A stretch of DNA of 64,000 bases from Balanoglossus misakiensis (Eukaryota > Animalia > Hemichordata), in assembly GCA_040954595.2 (NCBI GenBank), contig CM082586.2:11191337-11255336 (forward strand). The letters run 5' to 3'. The notes beneath the pieces are model-generated. The model made no database searches. It saw only the letters and a program-made list of their open reading frames with translations, and was not told the origin of the DNA. Below are positions 40,677-54,000 of the stretch, piece by piece (within the stretch, counting starts at the first letter, position 1; each line of letters begins with the position of its first letter). Both the position numbers and the translations under genes were made by a program.

Positions 40677-41301
40677 TCATAACATTCTCTACTAGAAGAC
40701 CTGAACAGTAAATAACTGAAATAAAATACACAAAAGAGAATGCATCTGAATAGAACACAATTTATTAACTTGGATTGGTCATGGGCATCAGGGCGCTCTA
40801 CTTAAGAAATTCTAGAACATGTTTGTACAAGTGGCATTTTCATGAGCAGTGAGCAACGAGGCCTTTCTGGCATGTAATACTTAAAATCCAAACATCAGAT
40901 TTTTTATCACACAAAATCATATTATATATAATGACATTATAAATGGTGTGCGCTTATATTTGGTTACGGATTTAAAACCTCTTTGAGGAAAATTTTGCAG
41001 AGAGGTCTTGTATCTACAACCAAATAACCACTATGTTCATATCATTCAGATTGCTCAGTACTATCAGCGAGTTCACCAGTGGTTTCCAGAAATCTATAGG
41101 CTAAACATATGCCATTTTCATTGTGCCTCCCCCCATCTATTTCAATACAATAAATAATGGCTGGCTTGATTTTTCACCAGGACTTTTCAACAATAGTTTT
41201 TGTTAAGATATAGACAACATTCCAGATGTGTATGAAAACTCGAGGAAAATAATAACATTTGACCTGTCATCAGTTGTGAATTAATTAAATATTTTCATAA
41301 A

Positions 41302-41875
41302 CTACACATTATAATCAAATTTAAACTCGTATGTAATGAATAATCGTCTCAACATAAGAGCTGCTAAGGCTAGACTCAACAGCACTATCAACACGAAAGA
41401 ATTACTATTTTCTTGCTGACGTATCTGGCGATTATTCTGATTTGATAGTGTGTCGTTTCTTCTTCTGGGTTGCTCATACCCTTGCTGGCTGACATTTCTT
41501 TGTCGTATGTTTGTCTCTGTGGTAGCATTGTCATTGGCATTTCTCTGGGGGTGTTTTCTGTGTTGGCAGTTGCAGGTTCTGGTGCTAGGGGAGTGTTGAC
41601 ATCTGCCTGGGGTGTTGCATCGGCTGGCGGTTGAACGGTGTTGTCGTTGTTCGATGCCGCATCTCTGTGTCGTGGCGGCTGTCCGGCTCCTGCAAACGCA
41701 GCGTACTGAGACACGAATGGGTTCGGGTATGACATCTGCTGGAAGTGTTGCTGGTATGCTGCGGCTGGATAGGGTGGGGGTTGTGGTTCGCAGAAGCTAC
41801 AGGCTGGGGTGTGTTTGTGCTTGTGCTTGTTGTGGCAGTATCAGCAGAGGTTGCTATGCTTTTCTTTGTCTCTTC
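41302..41875 (-). pseudogene. UBE2J1: Orphan terminal exon of a ubiquitin-conjugating enzyme E2 J1-like gene (tail-anchor region), with two frameshifts
   Basis: Acceptor ttttatcctccacag|GAA. It reads EETKKSIATS..VASA, then EPQPPPYPAAAYQQHFQQMSYPNPF..ENTP, then RNANDN..SFVLIVLLSLALAALMLRRLFITYEFKFDYNV* across three frames. The C-terminus matches the vertebrate UBE2J1 tail as I recall it (VLIVILTLALAALIFRRIYLANEYIFDFEL). No UBC-domain exons were seen nearby. Confidence 0.75.
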
Positions 41876-42110
41876 CTGTGGAGGATAAAAAGAACACAGT
41901 GTTTTTGCAAAGGTCGGGGAACACTGGTAATGGATTTGGGAACCCCGTTAATATTCCTATAACCTCCTAATATAACCACATTGATACACCCAGGGGAACC
42001 CCGGTAAAATGACTGGGGAACTCTGGTAGACTGCCTGACCACTGTGACATTGGCCTTGTTCTGTTGTTTTAATTCGGAGTGACTGGGGTACTCCGGTAGA
42101 TTTTATCTAG

Positions 42111-42742
42111 GTACCGCCCTTAACAAAAACACTAGAACAGAATCACAATTTGGAAGGCATGAGAGGCAAATACCATTTAAGGATGTACACGCACAACATA
42201 AACTGATAAACAGTGCATGTGTGTCTGTTCCTGAAAGGATTACATCGATAATTGCCAGAAAACAAACTTCTACTATTGTCTTTTTCACGAAATTTTACAC
42301 ATAGCTCAGTCAAGTAAACGTAAATTCATTGGTCAAAAAAAATTATGTGGTCACCAAGCTCTATTATGAGATAAATTGCGTTAAAATCTTCGCCCATAGA
42401 CAAACCATTGGTGAAAAATGCTGAGACAGCAAATTTCTTCTATTATCAACTAAATTCATGGCTCTGTATTTTTTTTAAAAAGGGCAATGACCCCTACAAT
42501 TTTTAACGAATTCTCATTATACATACACAGCATAATCCAAAAATCCACAATTAAAAGAATGACAATACTTTCAACGTGTATAATACCAGCATACACCTGT
42601 TTCAAGTCCAGTGTCCTAATACACCATCATCATGAATTGGAACTCAAAGCAAGGCCAATGAGCAAACCCAGATTGACAACTCATTACACCAGCAAAGTGG
42701 TTTCTTTATGGAAGTGGTGGTACCAATAAATACTTTATTCAA
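42111..42742 (+). pseudogene. Two decayed exon-like fragments of an unidentified gene
   Basis: ttttatctag|...TCAA|gtaaac (about 42111-42313) and ttttaaaaag|...TTCAAG|gtaaga (about 42483-42742). They give interrupted peptides such as DYIDNCQKTNFYYCLFHEILHIAQ and SGFFMEVVVPINTLFK. Confidence 0.35.
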
Positions 42743-44149
42743 GGTAAGAATTTCTTATTGTAGCAGTATTTTCATTTCCATTCATGTTTTAAAGGCCTTT
42801 TTTGTAGATTCTGAGTTTCTATGCCAGACAAAGTATGATTATTTTTCCACTAATGCAGCCTGAATTAAAGTCAACATTTTTCACCATAGGTCTTTCTATG
42901 TTATTTTTCTATAGGCATGGACACATTTAAGTTTATCTCAAAACTGAGCACAGTGGTGAGCCTACAACTTATATGAATCACTCAATTTAATTTCATTTGG
43001 ATGAGTTATGAGTGAAACTTCTTAAAATTACAATAGTAGAAAAGGGTTTTCTATCAATTCTTAATGTTATCCTATGGGAAGAAACACATTCCATGAGCTC
43101 ATACATGTAGTGTGTGCCATTCTTAACCCTTTCAGTATTATATGAATCAGATATAGAAGCTTGTTCAACGTCCCGTTGCGGCCAAGCCAATCAGATTGCA
43201 CGTTATGTCAATCAAAACTGAAGGATACCTAAAGTTCTCTATAAGGCACCGTCTGATTGGTTTACTAGAGTTTTCAACGGGAGCTTCTATGGGAGTTGGT
43301 CAGATGTAGTGTGAGGCGACAGTACAAGAATACCGTACTGCGAAGTAAAAGACGTCGCCGTACCCTACATCTGATTTTAATCAGATTGTATGCACACATA
43401 AGCTGGTTTAGAATACTGATAAACCCTGATGAAACAATCTCAGTAAAATATATACAGATGAGAATGAGAATGCAGTTAAAGTTAAATATACATTCGTTGT
43501 ATCTTTTGGCTTTATTTCCAGTATTTTTGTTCTATGTAGCAAATGCGATTTCATGTTCTACTCCACACAGATTGTTACTTGTCAGCACAGAATGTATGTG
43601 TATAATGGCCATTGTCATTGTTGACAATAATTCATGGATTCTAGTCTGGACTTAAATTCCAATTTGGCACAATAACAATGCTGACCATACACATATATGT
43701 TTCATCATGTTTCGGGAATTTGCACAAGAAACTGCTAAACAAAGATACTGAAAACATAGGAAAAAGGTAAAGGTAATGGAGCTTTAATTACAATTCACAC
43801 TGTATACAAAATCCATGTAAAAATTCAAAATACTGGATTTGTCAGCTTCAACTGATATGGGGGTCACACAAGAAATTGCTAAAACGTCTCAGATCAAATA
43901 CTGGCATAAATTATTATTGGTGAATGGTTTAAGTGGTCCTGAATCTTCTCAGATTTGAGACACGTCTCTTACCAGGTTCACACAGGGTAAAATTTGAGAC
44001 ACTATTAGTCTATGGTAAACACAGAGCGTTAATACTTTGGGGGGGGGGGGGTTAGCTGGGCAGGCCCGCCCTCCTTTATTTTTTGCCACCCTGCTATCTT
44101 ACGCGCCGCCCTGCTTTCTTTTCATTCCCGCCTTGGTAAATATTTATTG

Positions 44150-45302
44150 TTTCTGGTGCACGCTCCCGCATGCGGCTGGCATTTGAGAGAATGATATTTA
44201 TTCAGTTTAGGGATGTTTTGTCGCCTTTGTACAAAACACAAGCAGAAGGCCAAGTGCGGAGGGACTTGGGTTACAACATCTCCATGTACATGTACCACCC
44301 TTCGCGAAGACAAACTCAAGCAGCATGAAGAGACGATTATCGACCGGGCGGCAATGCAGCTTGACGCCGAGGCAGCAGTTATCGAGAACAGCAGCGGTCT
44401 TGTGGCTGCATTTGACAAGGTCATCACCTTTGAGACGCAAGCCTTCATGCATCGGCGTCCTACGATGCATGTATTTTCTCATGCACAGAGAATTGCCGCA
44501 CACCACCAACTTCATCCATGTTTTGGAATTGGCAAAGTCCCTCGGGTGTTCATTCCTTGGTACTCTCAGCAGTGATGACCACAACTATAATGGTTTATTG
44601 CATTGGTAAGTAGGTCTACTGATTTTTGTGCAGATCTAAATTGTAGGCAATGTAGTAACATTTATTTAAACCTGGTTGTTTTCAAGAAAGGATCACTGTT
44701 TAAGCAATAGTGTTACACTCAATAAAGAATAATTACTGTACAAATTACTGTGAATTTTGATAAGTTTAATCTGAAGAGTAATTTTCATTTATTTCATTTT
44801 TCAGGCAAAGTCATCCGTGATGAGATTTTAGAGAAGATGAAAGGAAGTAACTTCTATTCACTGTTAATAGATGAAAACAACTAATGTGGCTGTATTGAAG
44901 CAATTAATCATCTATTCCAAGTACACCTTGAAGTCTGGGAAGTCAGTTGTGTCTTTCCTTGGAGTTAAAGAAGTAAGTGGAAAGTTTTTCAATTTTTAAG
45001 TCTACACTGAATTAAAAACATACGATTAAACATGTTTTTGAGTGACCTCATTTAATTGATTTTGCTGACTAGTTATTTCAGGTGAGACAAACATTGAGTT
45101 GTACATTGCATGTGTTAACATCAAGGTTTTATTTTCACTGTTTTAGGTTGGTGATGGCAGAGCAGACACCATTGCACAGTCAGTGAAAGAGTTTTCTTCA
45201 GAGAATGGTATTGTCTTAAGAGATCGTCTGTCTGCTTTGGGCAGTGATGGTGCTCCTGTTATGCTAGGACAGAAAGGAGGGGTGGCTACCAAACTAAAAG
45301 AA
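44150..45302 (+). pseudogene. Intron-containing hAT transposase fragment (ZNF862/C17orf113-like)
   Basis: TTF-type Zn finger MFCRLC..KLKQHE, then LRCMYFLMHRELPHTTNF..LELAKSLG. Exon 44805-44972 encodes FYSLLIDE..VAVLKQLIIY..SFLGVKE. Exon 45147-45302 encodes DGRADTI..LGSDGAPVMLGQKGGVATKLKE. Frameshifted and 3'-truncated. Confidence 0.88.
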
Positions 45303-46111
45303 GTGAGTGAAATTTTGAGTTGTGAAGACATTGTGATTTTGTAAGTTTTTAGTTGGTGTCTTTATATCGTGACAATAATAATAGTAATAATTAAAGCTAC
45401 AAGCAGCATTGAATGGGCCCAAGCATAGAGATAATAACCATTAGACTCCATTCAGGGTTGTACCATTCAATTGCGTAGGCTGTATTTGCTCTGGATGTGG
45501 AGATATGGGGAAGTAGGCAACCACCCGAAATGGATGTCCTACAAGTACAAACACAACAACCACAAGTGAACTTCTACGTTATGTAAGGACTTCAGTTAAG
45601 TACTTCAAAGGTCAGCTGAGGGTACCCAAAAATTGGGCCAAAAATTTGGATTCCTATTTGGTTCATATTCAAGACAACGGAAAATTCTCGCCCTTTGGGT
45701 TTTTAAAATTAGGTATGGCCATAATAATGAGTTACGCAAGTAAGTTACAGGTGGCCCTAGGAATTTAGCATTTCATGACGGTCCTACCCTACCCCTCCAA
45801 ACACGTGGCTATATATGATGTGCATGCTAACATATGGAAAGCAGGTCAATGGACACCTGAGGTCATTCAAAAATTTGACAGAAAAATTTCATTCCTGTTT
45901 ATGTCTTGTGCAACAAATCCTACATTTGCAGCCCTTTCACTTTGCCTAACATTAGGTATGCACGTAATACATGAATCAAGCAGGTGTCAAAGGTATCCCC
46001 CTGTATTTGGCATTTCATGATAGTTTCATCCCTCCAAATACCAAAGATGCACCTGTACAACGGGATGAGATATGGCACTCTATGACAGAGGTCATCCAAA
46101 TCACCTTATAC

Positions 46112-47003
46112 ATCAATCAATCAATCAATCAGAGAAATTTGTATAGCGCCAGTATCTATAACAAGTGTCATACTCAAAGGCGCTTGTGCTCATTGGCCCA
46201 CACCATATGCTCTTGCGAAATAATGCGTCTTCAGTCTTTTCTTAAAGATACTCAAACTTGGAGCTTGACGAATGTTCCACAGTTTCGTTGCAGCATGAGA
46301 GAATGCTCGGCCACCGTATGAAGAACGTTTGTACATTGTAGTGCATAAAAGGCTCTTATTAGCTGAACGAAGCCTGCGACCAGGAGAATATGTCCGAATG
46401 AGATCGCGGATATAGTTCGGAGCGAGATTATTTAAGGCTTTGTATGTGAGCAGATTTATTTTATACTCTATCCTGTGGCGAACTGGTAACCAATGAAGAA
46501 GTTGAAGAACTGGCGTTATATGGGCAGACTTCCTGGACCGAGTTATGATTCTTGCAGCTGTATTTTGTGTGCGTTGTAGAAGGTTCAGACTGCGTTCTGG
46601 TATACCATACAGTAATGCATTACCATAGTCGAGTTTCGCTGCCAAAATAGCATGAATCACTGTTTGACATGTTGCTTTGTTAAGAAATTTCCTGATTTGT
46701 CCGACACGGCGAAAGTGGTAATATATTGATTGACAAGTTTTCTTGATGTGATCTTTATACATGTGCGTATTGTCGAATATTACACCAATATTGCGAGCTG
46801 ATTTAACGACGGGAACAGAGCTTGAACCAATGGTAATCTTGTCAATAGCATCAGCAGAGTGATGAAATTGTGAACGAATAAGTAGAATCTCAGTTTTTGG
46901 AGTCGTTGAGTTGAAGCTTGTTTTGGGTCATCCAGTCCTTAAGATCACGGATACAGGCCTCAATGGACATTTGGGCAAAAACCAACTGACACTTACATTC
47001 GTC
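46112..47003 (-). mobile_element. 5'-truncated CR1/L2-group LINE (RT C-terminus)
   Basis: WMTQNKLQLNDSKTE..RNIGVIFD..LDYGNALLYG..LQRTQNTAARI..HITPVLQLLHWLPV..AFSHAATKLWN, followed by a (ATTG)n tail at 46112-46130. Confidence 0.92.
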
Positions 47004-48295
47004 CCTGTGGAACAAAAACCACACCTATCGCCCTGTTGGTTAGTGTCTAATTAAATGTACAAAATCAATGACTTAGGCAGGTGCAACAGACGACCCCGCC
47101 TTTGGTATATCATTATGGTCCCATCCGTATATGCCCCCCCCCCTCCCAAGCCAAAGCTGCATGCATCTGCTGTGGATGCTCACTAAGCAAAAGTAGGTGA
47201 AAGGTCACATAAGGTCGCCCACAACTTGACGGGAAAATCGGACTTCATATTGATCCATGTGCAACAAATAGCACGCTACCACCCCTTTCATTGACCCCAC
47301 AATTACGCATGCACATAATTATTGAGTTATGCAGGTGTCACAGGTGACACCCGAATCGGGTGTATTATTTTAGTCCCATACAGCTGCATGTAGCTGCGTG
47401 CCGTTACGGGCGACCTGATAACCCACACGGCCACCTGCGGGCCGACCCCCATACTGAACGTCCAGTTGCAACATCAGGACTGAAGTAGGAACTTTTGAAC
47501 GGCAACGAAGCCTGATCTCTGATTATTGCTGGTACCATACTCCTGTCGTGCAAGAAAATCACTGGTCTGCTGACGTATTTCAGCCAATTTCCCAAACTAC
47601 TATCCACTACATGTGACTACAATGCTAATGAAACCTCCCACAACATTAGCGACTTAGGGTCAAAGTCCACTGTTTTAAATTTTTTCATCGGTTTTACTTT
47701 AAAGGATGCCCACAAACTGCAACAGTAAATATTACTACAATATGCCAAAAATAAAACTTTCTTCACATCTTGACTAAAATGTTGAAAATGTCTCAATAGC
47801 ATGTTTGCTCTAACACAAAATGCTCTTCTCTGTCGTTCAATATCTTCATTATCACAACCCTCACAAGATATAACATGGCCCAGATAGGTGTGTACAGATA
47901 CAAACTTTAAAGTGATGTCATTAAGTTTAACCGAAGGAATTCTTTGAACGCTCATATTCTTCCCATTAAAAAGCATGCACACAGTTTTACTAGAATTATA
48001 AATTATATCATAATCCTTGCCATAAATTTCACAAATTCTAAGAAGACGGTGTAGACCCTTAATACTTGGACTGAGTAGAGTCATGTCGTCAGCGTAACCT
48101 AAAGTGTTAGCGCTGACACCACACATGGTACAGCCAACTTTGGCTTTACAGAGTGCATTGATAAGATCATCAATGTAGACATTAAAAAGATAGGGAGAGA
48201 GTACTCCCCCTTGTCTTACACCGTTAGAAACAGAAAACAACTCTGAGGTTTCATTACCCCACAACACAGTAAACAATTGATTTCTGTACCATTAA

Positions 48296-48871
48296 AGGTC
48301 ACATGTCATGCTTTGGAAAGTTTTCATTTTTCCACGTCAAAAGCTCACCTAGGGTACCTGTCTATGCATTGCCTATTGTGTCGGTTCCGAAAAATGTGCA
48401 CGAATGCCGGAATTTGCCACCTTTTTTCATGCCTGTGATCGGGGAGCCACTTCGCACTCGAGCCAGGCGAAGGTATTTGCATATGGACAAACAAGTACAC
48501 TATGTCGTAGTGTACCATTCTGTTTACAGTAAAGTGTAATTATCGGTCCATGAGTAATTAAGTCCACAGACAAAGATAAGCTATATAAACAGTGTTCAAA
48601 GCAAAGGAAGCCCTTGCCTCACATTGCAGGCAGAGGATTTACAAAGGTGTGAAAGACTATTTGTCCACATCAAGATAAGTCTTCGGCTTAACTTCGAAAA
48701 GCCAAAAAAAATCGACTGAGTTGGGTTAGGGGTACACGCCCACCCGCCACTTTTACTTGCTTGTTATCTAAGCACAAGGGGCAAAACGCATTGCAAGATA
48801 GTAACATACGTTAACTTCAAGACCCAAATAGTGATTTTACGCGTGGTTGTATAGGGCATGGCATGGGACCT
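48296..48871. mobile_element. Kolobok-like MITE inside the LINE RT
   Basis: TTAA|AGGTCACATGTCATGC...GCATGGCATGGGACCT|TTAA. Confidence 0.88.
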
Positions 48872-50257
48872 TTAATATAAAATTCGTACAGCATACAAGG
48901 GAACATTCCTGTCGATGAGCTTGTTAATCAGTTTAAAGTGATTAACTCTGTCAAAAGCTTTTGAAGCATCCAGAAAACAAGTAAACACTGGTCTTCCATT
49001 GCTGGTGTAGTAGCTAATGATTTCTTTAAATGCAAATAAACACAGGTCAGTTGAATGTTCTCGCTTGAAACCAAATTGTAAATAATGAGAGATAAGAAAC
49101 TCCTCACAACGAGAAAGTAAAATAGGCTCAAAAACTTTAGAGAAAACAGTTGCTAGTGCTATCGGCCGGTAGTTACTGGCATCACTACAAAGCTTAGTTT
49201 TATCCTTAATTGGAACTAAAATAACTTTGATAGCCTCAGTTTGCAGGTAACCATGAACAATCAAGTCAAAATGGGTAAAATAGAGGAGTCTGAGAATTTG
49301 AGGTGCTCAGCTGAAATATTGTCAATGCCAGCTGTCTTATCGTCAGGTAACTTATGTATAGCAGAAATTACTTCTTCTTCAGAAACATACATATCAGAAG
49401 AAAATTTAACATACTTCATTTTCTCCTCGATGTCATTTTTACCAGTCTGAGCCTGGACAGAATTCAAAATATCACTGAAATGCTTGTGCCACATAATTGC
49501 AATTTCACTCTCACCAGTCGCTCCACCTACAGTGTCAGAAAGCGGCATTTTTCTGCTAGTTTGCTTTCTGACTTCCTTCCAGAAGTCGTTCTGTTTGTGG
49601 CAGCGTAAATTGTCAGCCATCTTGTCAGCCCTATTTTGATTCTCAATCTTTTTACAAGCACGTAAAGCATACTTAAAACGAGCTCTGGAAGATTTCGTGG
49701 TTTCAAAAAGCGGGCCTTGTTAAGGTTTACCCCCATTAACCCATAATAAAAACATGGAACGGGCATAGTCGTGACTTTCTTTTACAAAATCGTTCCAGCC
49801 AGGCACAACATGAACTTTCTGGTGAAACTTACGCCTAATGGTATCTTTTGCAGCACAATTCAATGCGTCCACAACACTACTATAACAAGTATCAATTGCC
49901 TGTAAATGCGAAGGGTATGTACAGTTCACATTAGTGCAGAATAACTCTTCGGATATATTAATCTAACAGTATAGAAAACATTTTCCAATTTCCGAAAAGT
50001 AGCCGTTTTTTAAACTTTTTTCAAGGAAATTAGTGTTTTGTTCACGATACAATGAATTTCGATATTTTTCTATGATTATTTTCAAGATGTTTGCCAGTGT
50101 GCAGAAAGAAAGTAATAAACTGTGAAATTTCCATAGAAATAATGAAGGAGCCATCTTTGGGTTGTATGGATTTGAATATTTCATTGGAAAAAACTAATAA
50201 CTAAATTATGAATTCAATTAATAGTACAATTTGCAAAAATTGCTAGTCACTCCAGAA

Positions 50258-50806
50258 GGGTCAGTGCTTGGAAATGTGAGAGCCTGGAAATTTCCAAACA
50301 CTGACAAGGGTCAGTGGTCGGAAATTTCCAGACACTCAGGGAATGTGAAAGCCTGGAAATTTCCAAGCACTGACAAGGGTCAATGGTCGGAAATTTCCAG
50401 ACACTCAGGGAATAGGAGAGCCTGGAAATTTCCAAGCACTGACAAGGGTCAGTGGTCGGAAATTTCCAGACACTCAGGGAATGTGAGAGCTTAGAAATTT
50501 CCAAGCACTGACAAGGGTCAGTGGTCGGAAATTTCCAGACACTCAGGGAATGTGAGAGCCTGGAAATTTCCAAGCACTGACAAGGGTCAGTGGTCGGAAA
50601 TTTCCAGACACTCAGGGAATGTGAGAGCTTAGAAATTTCCAAGCACTGACAAGGGTCAGTGGTCGGAAATTTCCAGACACTCAGGGAATGTGAGAGCCTA
50701 GAAATTTCCAAGCACTGACAGGGTTAGTGGCCGGAAATATCCAGACACTCGGGGAATGTGAGAGCCTGGAAATTTCCAAGCATTGACAGGGTCAGTGCTT
50801 GGAAAT
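50258..50806 (+). repeat. 69-bp subterminal tandem array, about 8 copies
   Basis: Unit gagcctggaaatttccaagcactgacaagggtcagtggtcggaaatttccagacactcagggaatgtga. Confidence 0.95.
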
Positions 50807-50825
50807 CTTGAGTTTCTCTATCATG

Positions 50826-51036
50826 TTTCAAATTATGGCCTTTAGGAAAACGATCTGTTGAGGAACTTCGCCTGTGTTTATATCTTCAACCCTACGGATG
50901 AGTTTGGTCATTTGACTGCGGTGGCCTCTTTTGCTGTTTTTCTCTCTCTCTCTCTCCATGCCCGACATCCTGGTCTCGGCACCAACAAATGTACCGCGTA
51001 CACTTGGGAATAGGTTCGGAATGAAGAGAGAGGGGC
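50826..51036 (-). mobile_element. BEL/Pao LTR retrotransposon fragment (LTR end, PBS, gag start)
   Basis: Minus strand ...GGTACA tttgt TGGTGCCGAGACCAGGAT (tRNA-His-like PBS), then M..KRGHRSQMTKLIRRVEDI, which resembles a BEL gag N-terminus. Confidence 0.65.
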
Positions 51037-54000
51037 GAGATGGCCAATACTTCTTTATATACAGTGGTTTGAACTGTGACATTTGGTAACACTGCATAAT
51101 TCAAGAACAATAGCATTTGGTAGTTGTGAAGTTGTGACTTTGTATACAGAGTAGAAAGAACAATTATGTCAGATAAACAATACCAATTCCCAATAAACAA
51201 CTAGTGTATGGGCTAACTCAGAGGAGTTGGTAGGCGAAGCCTGTCATGAACATTGTGACGCTAAGGCTCCTTAGACAAACCTGGTGCGTCTGCGGTCCAG
51301 ATCCGTACCAGAGCCTTTCGCCGAAATTCGATTTTATCGGGAGAATATCCTTTCCCTGTCTACTAACCGGTTATAACCGACTCCGCGATTGACTTCTTCT
51401 ATCATCCGAACCGCTCGCTTTCTGAAACTTTCGTGTTTACCCATTGAGATAACCTCACTGTATTCAATATGGCGATGTCAACAGGTAAACACAAGAGAAA
51501 ATCAGAAAGCGAGCAGCTCGGAAGTTAATTACATCATATTTGGAGTCATTTGTGGGTAGACGGGGGAAAGATTCCCCCTGATAAAATCGAATCTCGGCCG
51601 AAAAGCTGCTGTCCGGATCCGGATCTCAGACGAATCAGTTTTGTCCATGGAGCCTTGCAGAGATGTGGTGGAAGCACAGTGGTGGAAGCCGTGTATTAAA
51701 CGCCGGGAGAACGCAGACCTGTATGGAGGACTACCACGACCCTGTCAGTGCTTGGAAATTTCAAGGCTCTCACATTCCCTGAGTGTCTGGAAATTTCCGA
51801 CCACTGACCCTTGTCAGTGCTTGGAAATTTCTAAGCTCTCACATTCCCTGAGTGTCTGGAAATTTCCGACCACTGACCCTTGTCAGTGCTTGGAAATTTC
51901 AAGGCTCTCACATTCCCTGAGTGTCTGGAAATTTCCGACCACTGACCCTTGTCAGTGCTTGGAAATTTCCAGGCTCTCACATTCCCCGAGTGTCTGGAAA
52001 TTTCCGACCATTGACCCTTGTCAGTGCTTGGAAATTTCCAGGCTCTCACATTCCCTGAGTGTCTGGAAATTTCCGACCACTGACCCTTGTCAGTGCTTGG
52101 AAATTTCTAAGCTCTCACATTCCCTGAGTGTCTGGAAATTTCCGACCACTGACCCTTGTCAGTGCTTGGAAATTTCCAGGCTCTCACATTCCCTGAGTGT
52201 CTGGAAATTTCCGACCACTGACCCTTGTCAGTGCTTGGAAATTTCCAGGCTCTCACATTCCCTGAGTGTCTGGAAATTTCCGACCACTGACCCTTGTCAG
52301 TGCTTGGAAATTTCTAAGCTCTCACATTCCCTGAGTGTCTGGAAATTTCCGACCACTGACCCTTGTCAGTGCTTGGACATTTCCAGGCTCTCATATTCCC
52401 TGAGTGTCTGGAAATTTCCGACCACTGACCCTTGTTAGTGCTTGGAAATTTCTAAGCTCTCACATTCCCTGAGTGTCTGGAAATTTCCGACCACTGACCC
52501 TTGTCAGTGCTTGGAAATTTCCAAGCTCTCACATGCCACTGACTCTTTTCCAAGTATTTCAGCTGCAAAATATGGATTTGTCAATGAGCAGTGCTTATTT
52601 CCTAAAATTCATACGAAATCCAACGGATTTGTGTGATACGGATATTAATCTAACAATTCTTGTAATAAATATTGGGTTTCAGATTTACTTTTTGATGCTA
52701 TTGTTTTTTCTGGCGAAATTTTACAAACAATTCACACACTTGCAAATTTTCAATAGAAATATTACTCATGATAAACATGGAGACAAAATTTCATTAGAAA
52801 AAAATCAAAAGGACTGTCATGTACGTGGCTTTGAAGGAGACTGGAGATGGCCAATACTTCTTTATATACAGTGGTTTGAACTGTGACATTTGGTAACACT
52901 GCATAATTCAAGAACAATAGCATTTGGTAGTTGTGAAGTTGTGACTTTGTATACAGAGTAGAAAGAACAATTATGTCAGATAAACAATACCAATTCCCAA
53001 TAAACAACTAGTGTATGGGCTAACTCAGAGGAGTTGGTAGGCGAAGCCTGTCATGAACATTGTGACGCTAAGGCTCCTTAGACAAACCTGGTGCGTCTGC
53101 GGTCCAGATCCGTACCAGAGCCTTTCGCCGAAATTCGATTTTATCGGGAGAATATCCTTTCCCTGTCTACTAACCGGTTATAACCGACTCCGCGATTGAC
53201 TTCTTCTATCATCCGAACCGCTCGCTTTCTGAAACTTTCGTGTTTACCCATTGAGATAACCTCACTGTATTCAATATGGCGATGTCAACAGGTAAACACA
53301 AGAGAAAATCAGAAAGCGAGCAGCTCGGAAGTTAATTACATCATATTTGGAGTCATTTGTGGGTAGACGGGGGAAAGATTCCCCCTGATAAAATCGAATC
53401 TCGGCCGAAAAGCTGCTGTCCGGATCCGGATCTCAGACGAATCAGTTTTGTCCATGGAGCCTTGCAGAGATGTGGTGGAAGCACAGTGGTGGAAGCCGTG
53501 TATTAAACGCCGGGAGAACGCAGACCTGTATGGAGGACTACCACGACCCTGTCAGTGCTTGGAAATTTCAAGGCTCTCACATTCCCTGAGTGTCTGGAAA
53601 TTTCCGACCACTGACCCTTGTCAGTGCTTGGAAATTTCTAAGCTCTCACATTCCCTGAGTGTCTGGAAATTTCCGACCACTGACCCTTGTCAGTGCTTGG
53701 AAATTTCAAGGCTCTCACATTCCCTGAGTGTCTGGAAATTTCCGACCACTGACCCTTGTCAGTGCTTGGAAATTTCCAGGCTCTCACATTCCCCGAGTGT
53801 CTGGAAATTTCCGACCATTGACCCTTGTCAGTGCTTGGAAATTTCCAGGCTCTCACATTCCCTGAGTGTCTGGAAATTTCCGACCACTGACCCTTGTCAG
53901 TGCTTGGAAATTTCTAAGCTCTCACATTCCCTGAGTGTCTGGAAATTTCCGACCACTGACCCTTGTCAGTGCTTGGAAATTTCCAGGCTCTCACATTCCC

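Larger units (their letters stand above)
40083..44028. mobile_element. Non-autonomous piggyBac-like element carrying gene fragments
   Basis: TTAA|TGCTCTGTGTTTACCATAGGCAAATAGTGTCTCAAATTTT... and ...AAAATTTGAGACACTATTAGTCTATGGTAAACACAGAGCG|TTAA. Imperfect TIRs of about 60-80 bp, TTAA on both sides, no transposase inside. Confidence 0.72.

Noticed and set aside
47013-47021. Perfect RSS nonamer ACAAAAACC
   Set aside because: No heptamer at 12- or 23-bp spacing, so treated as chance.
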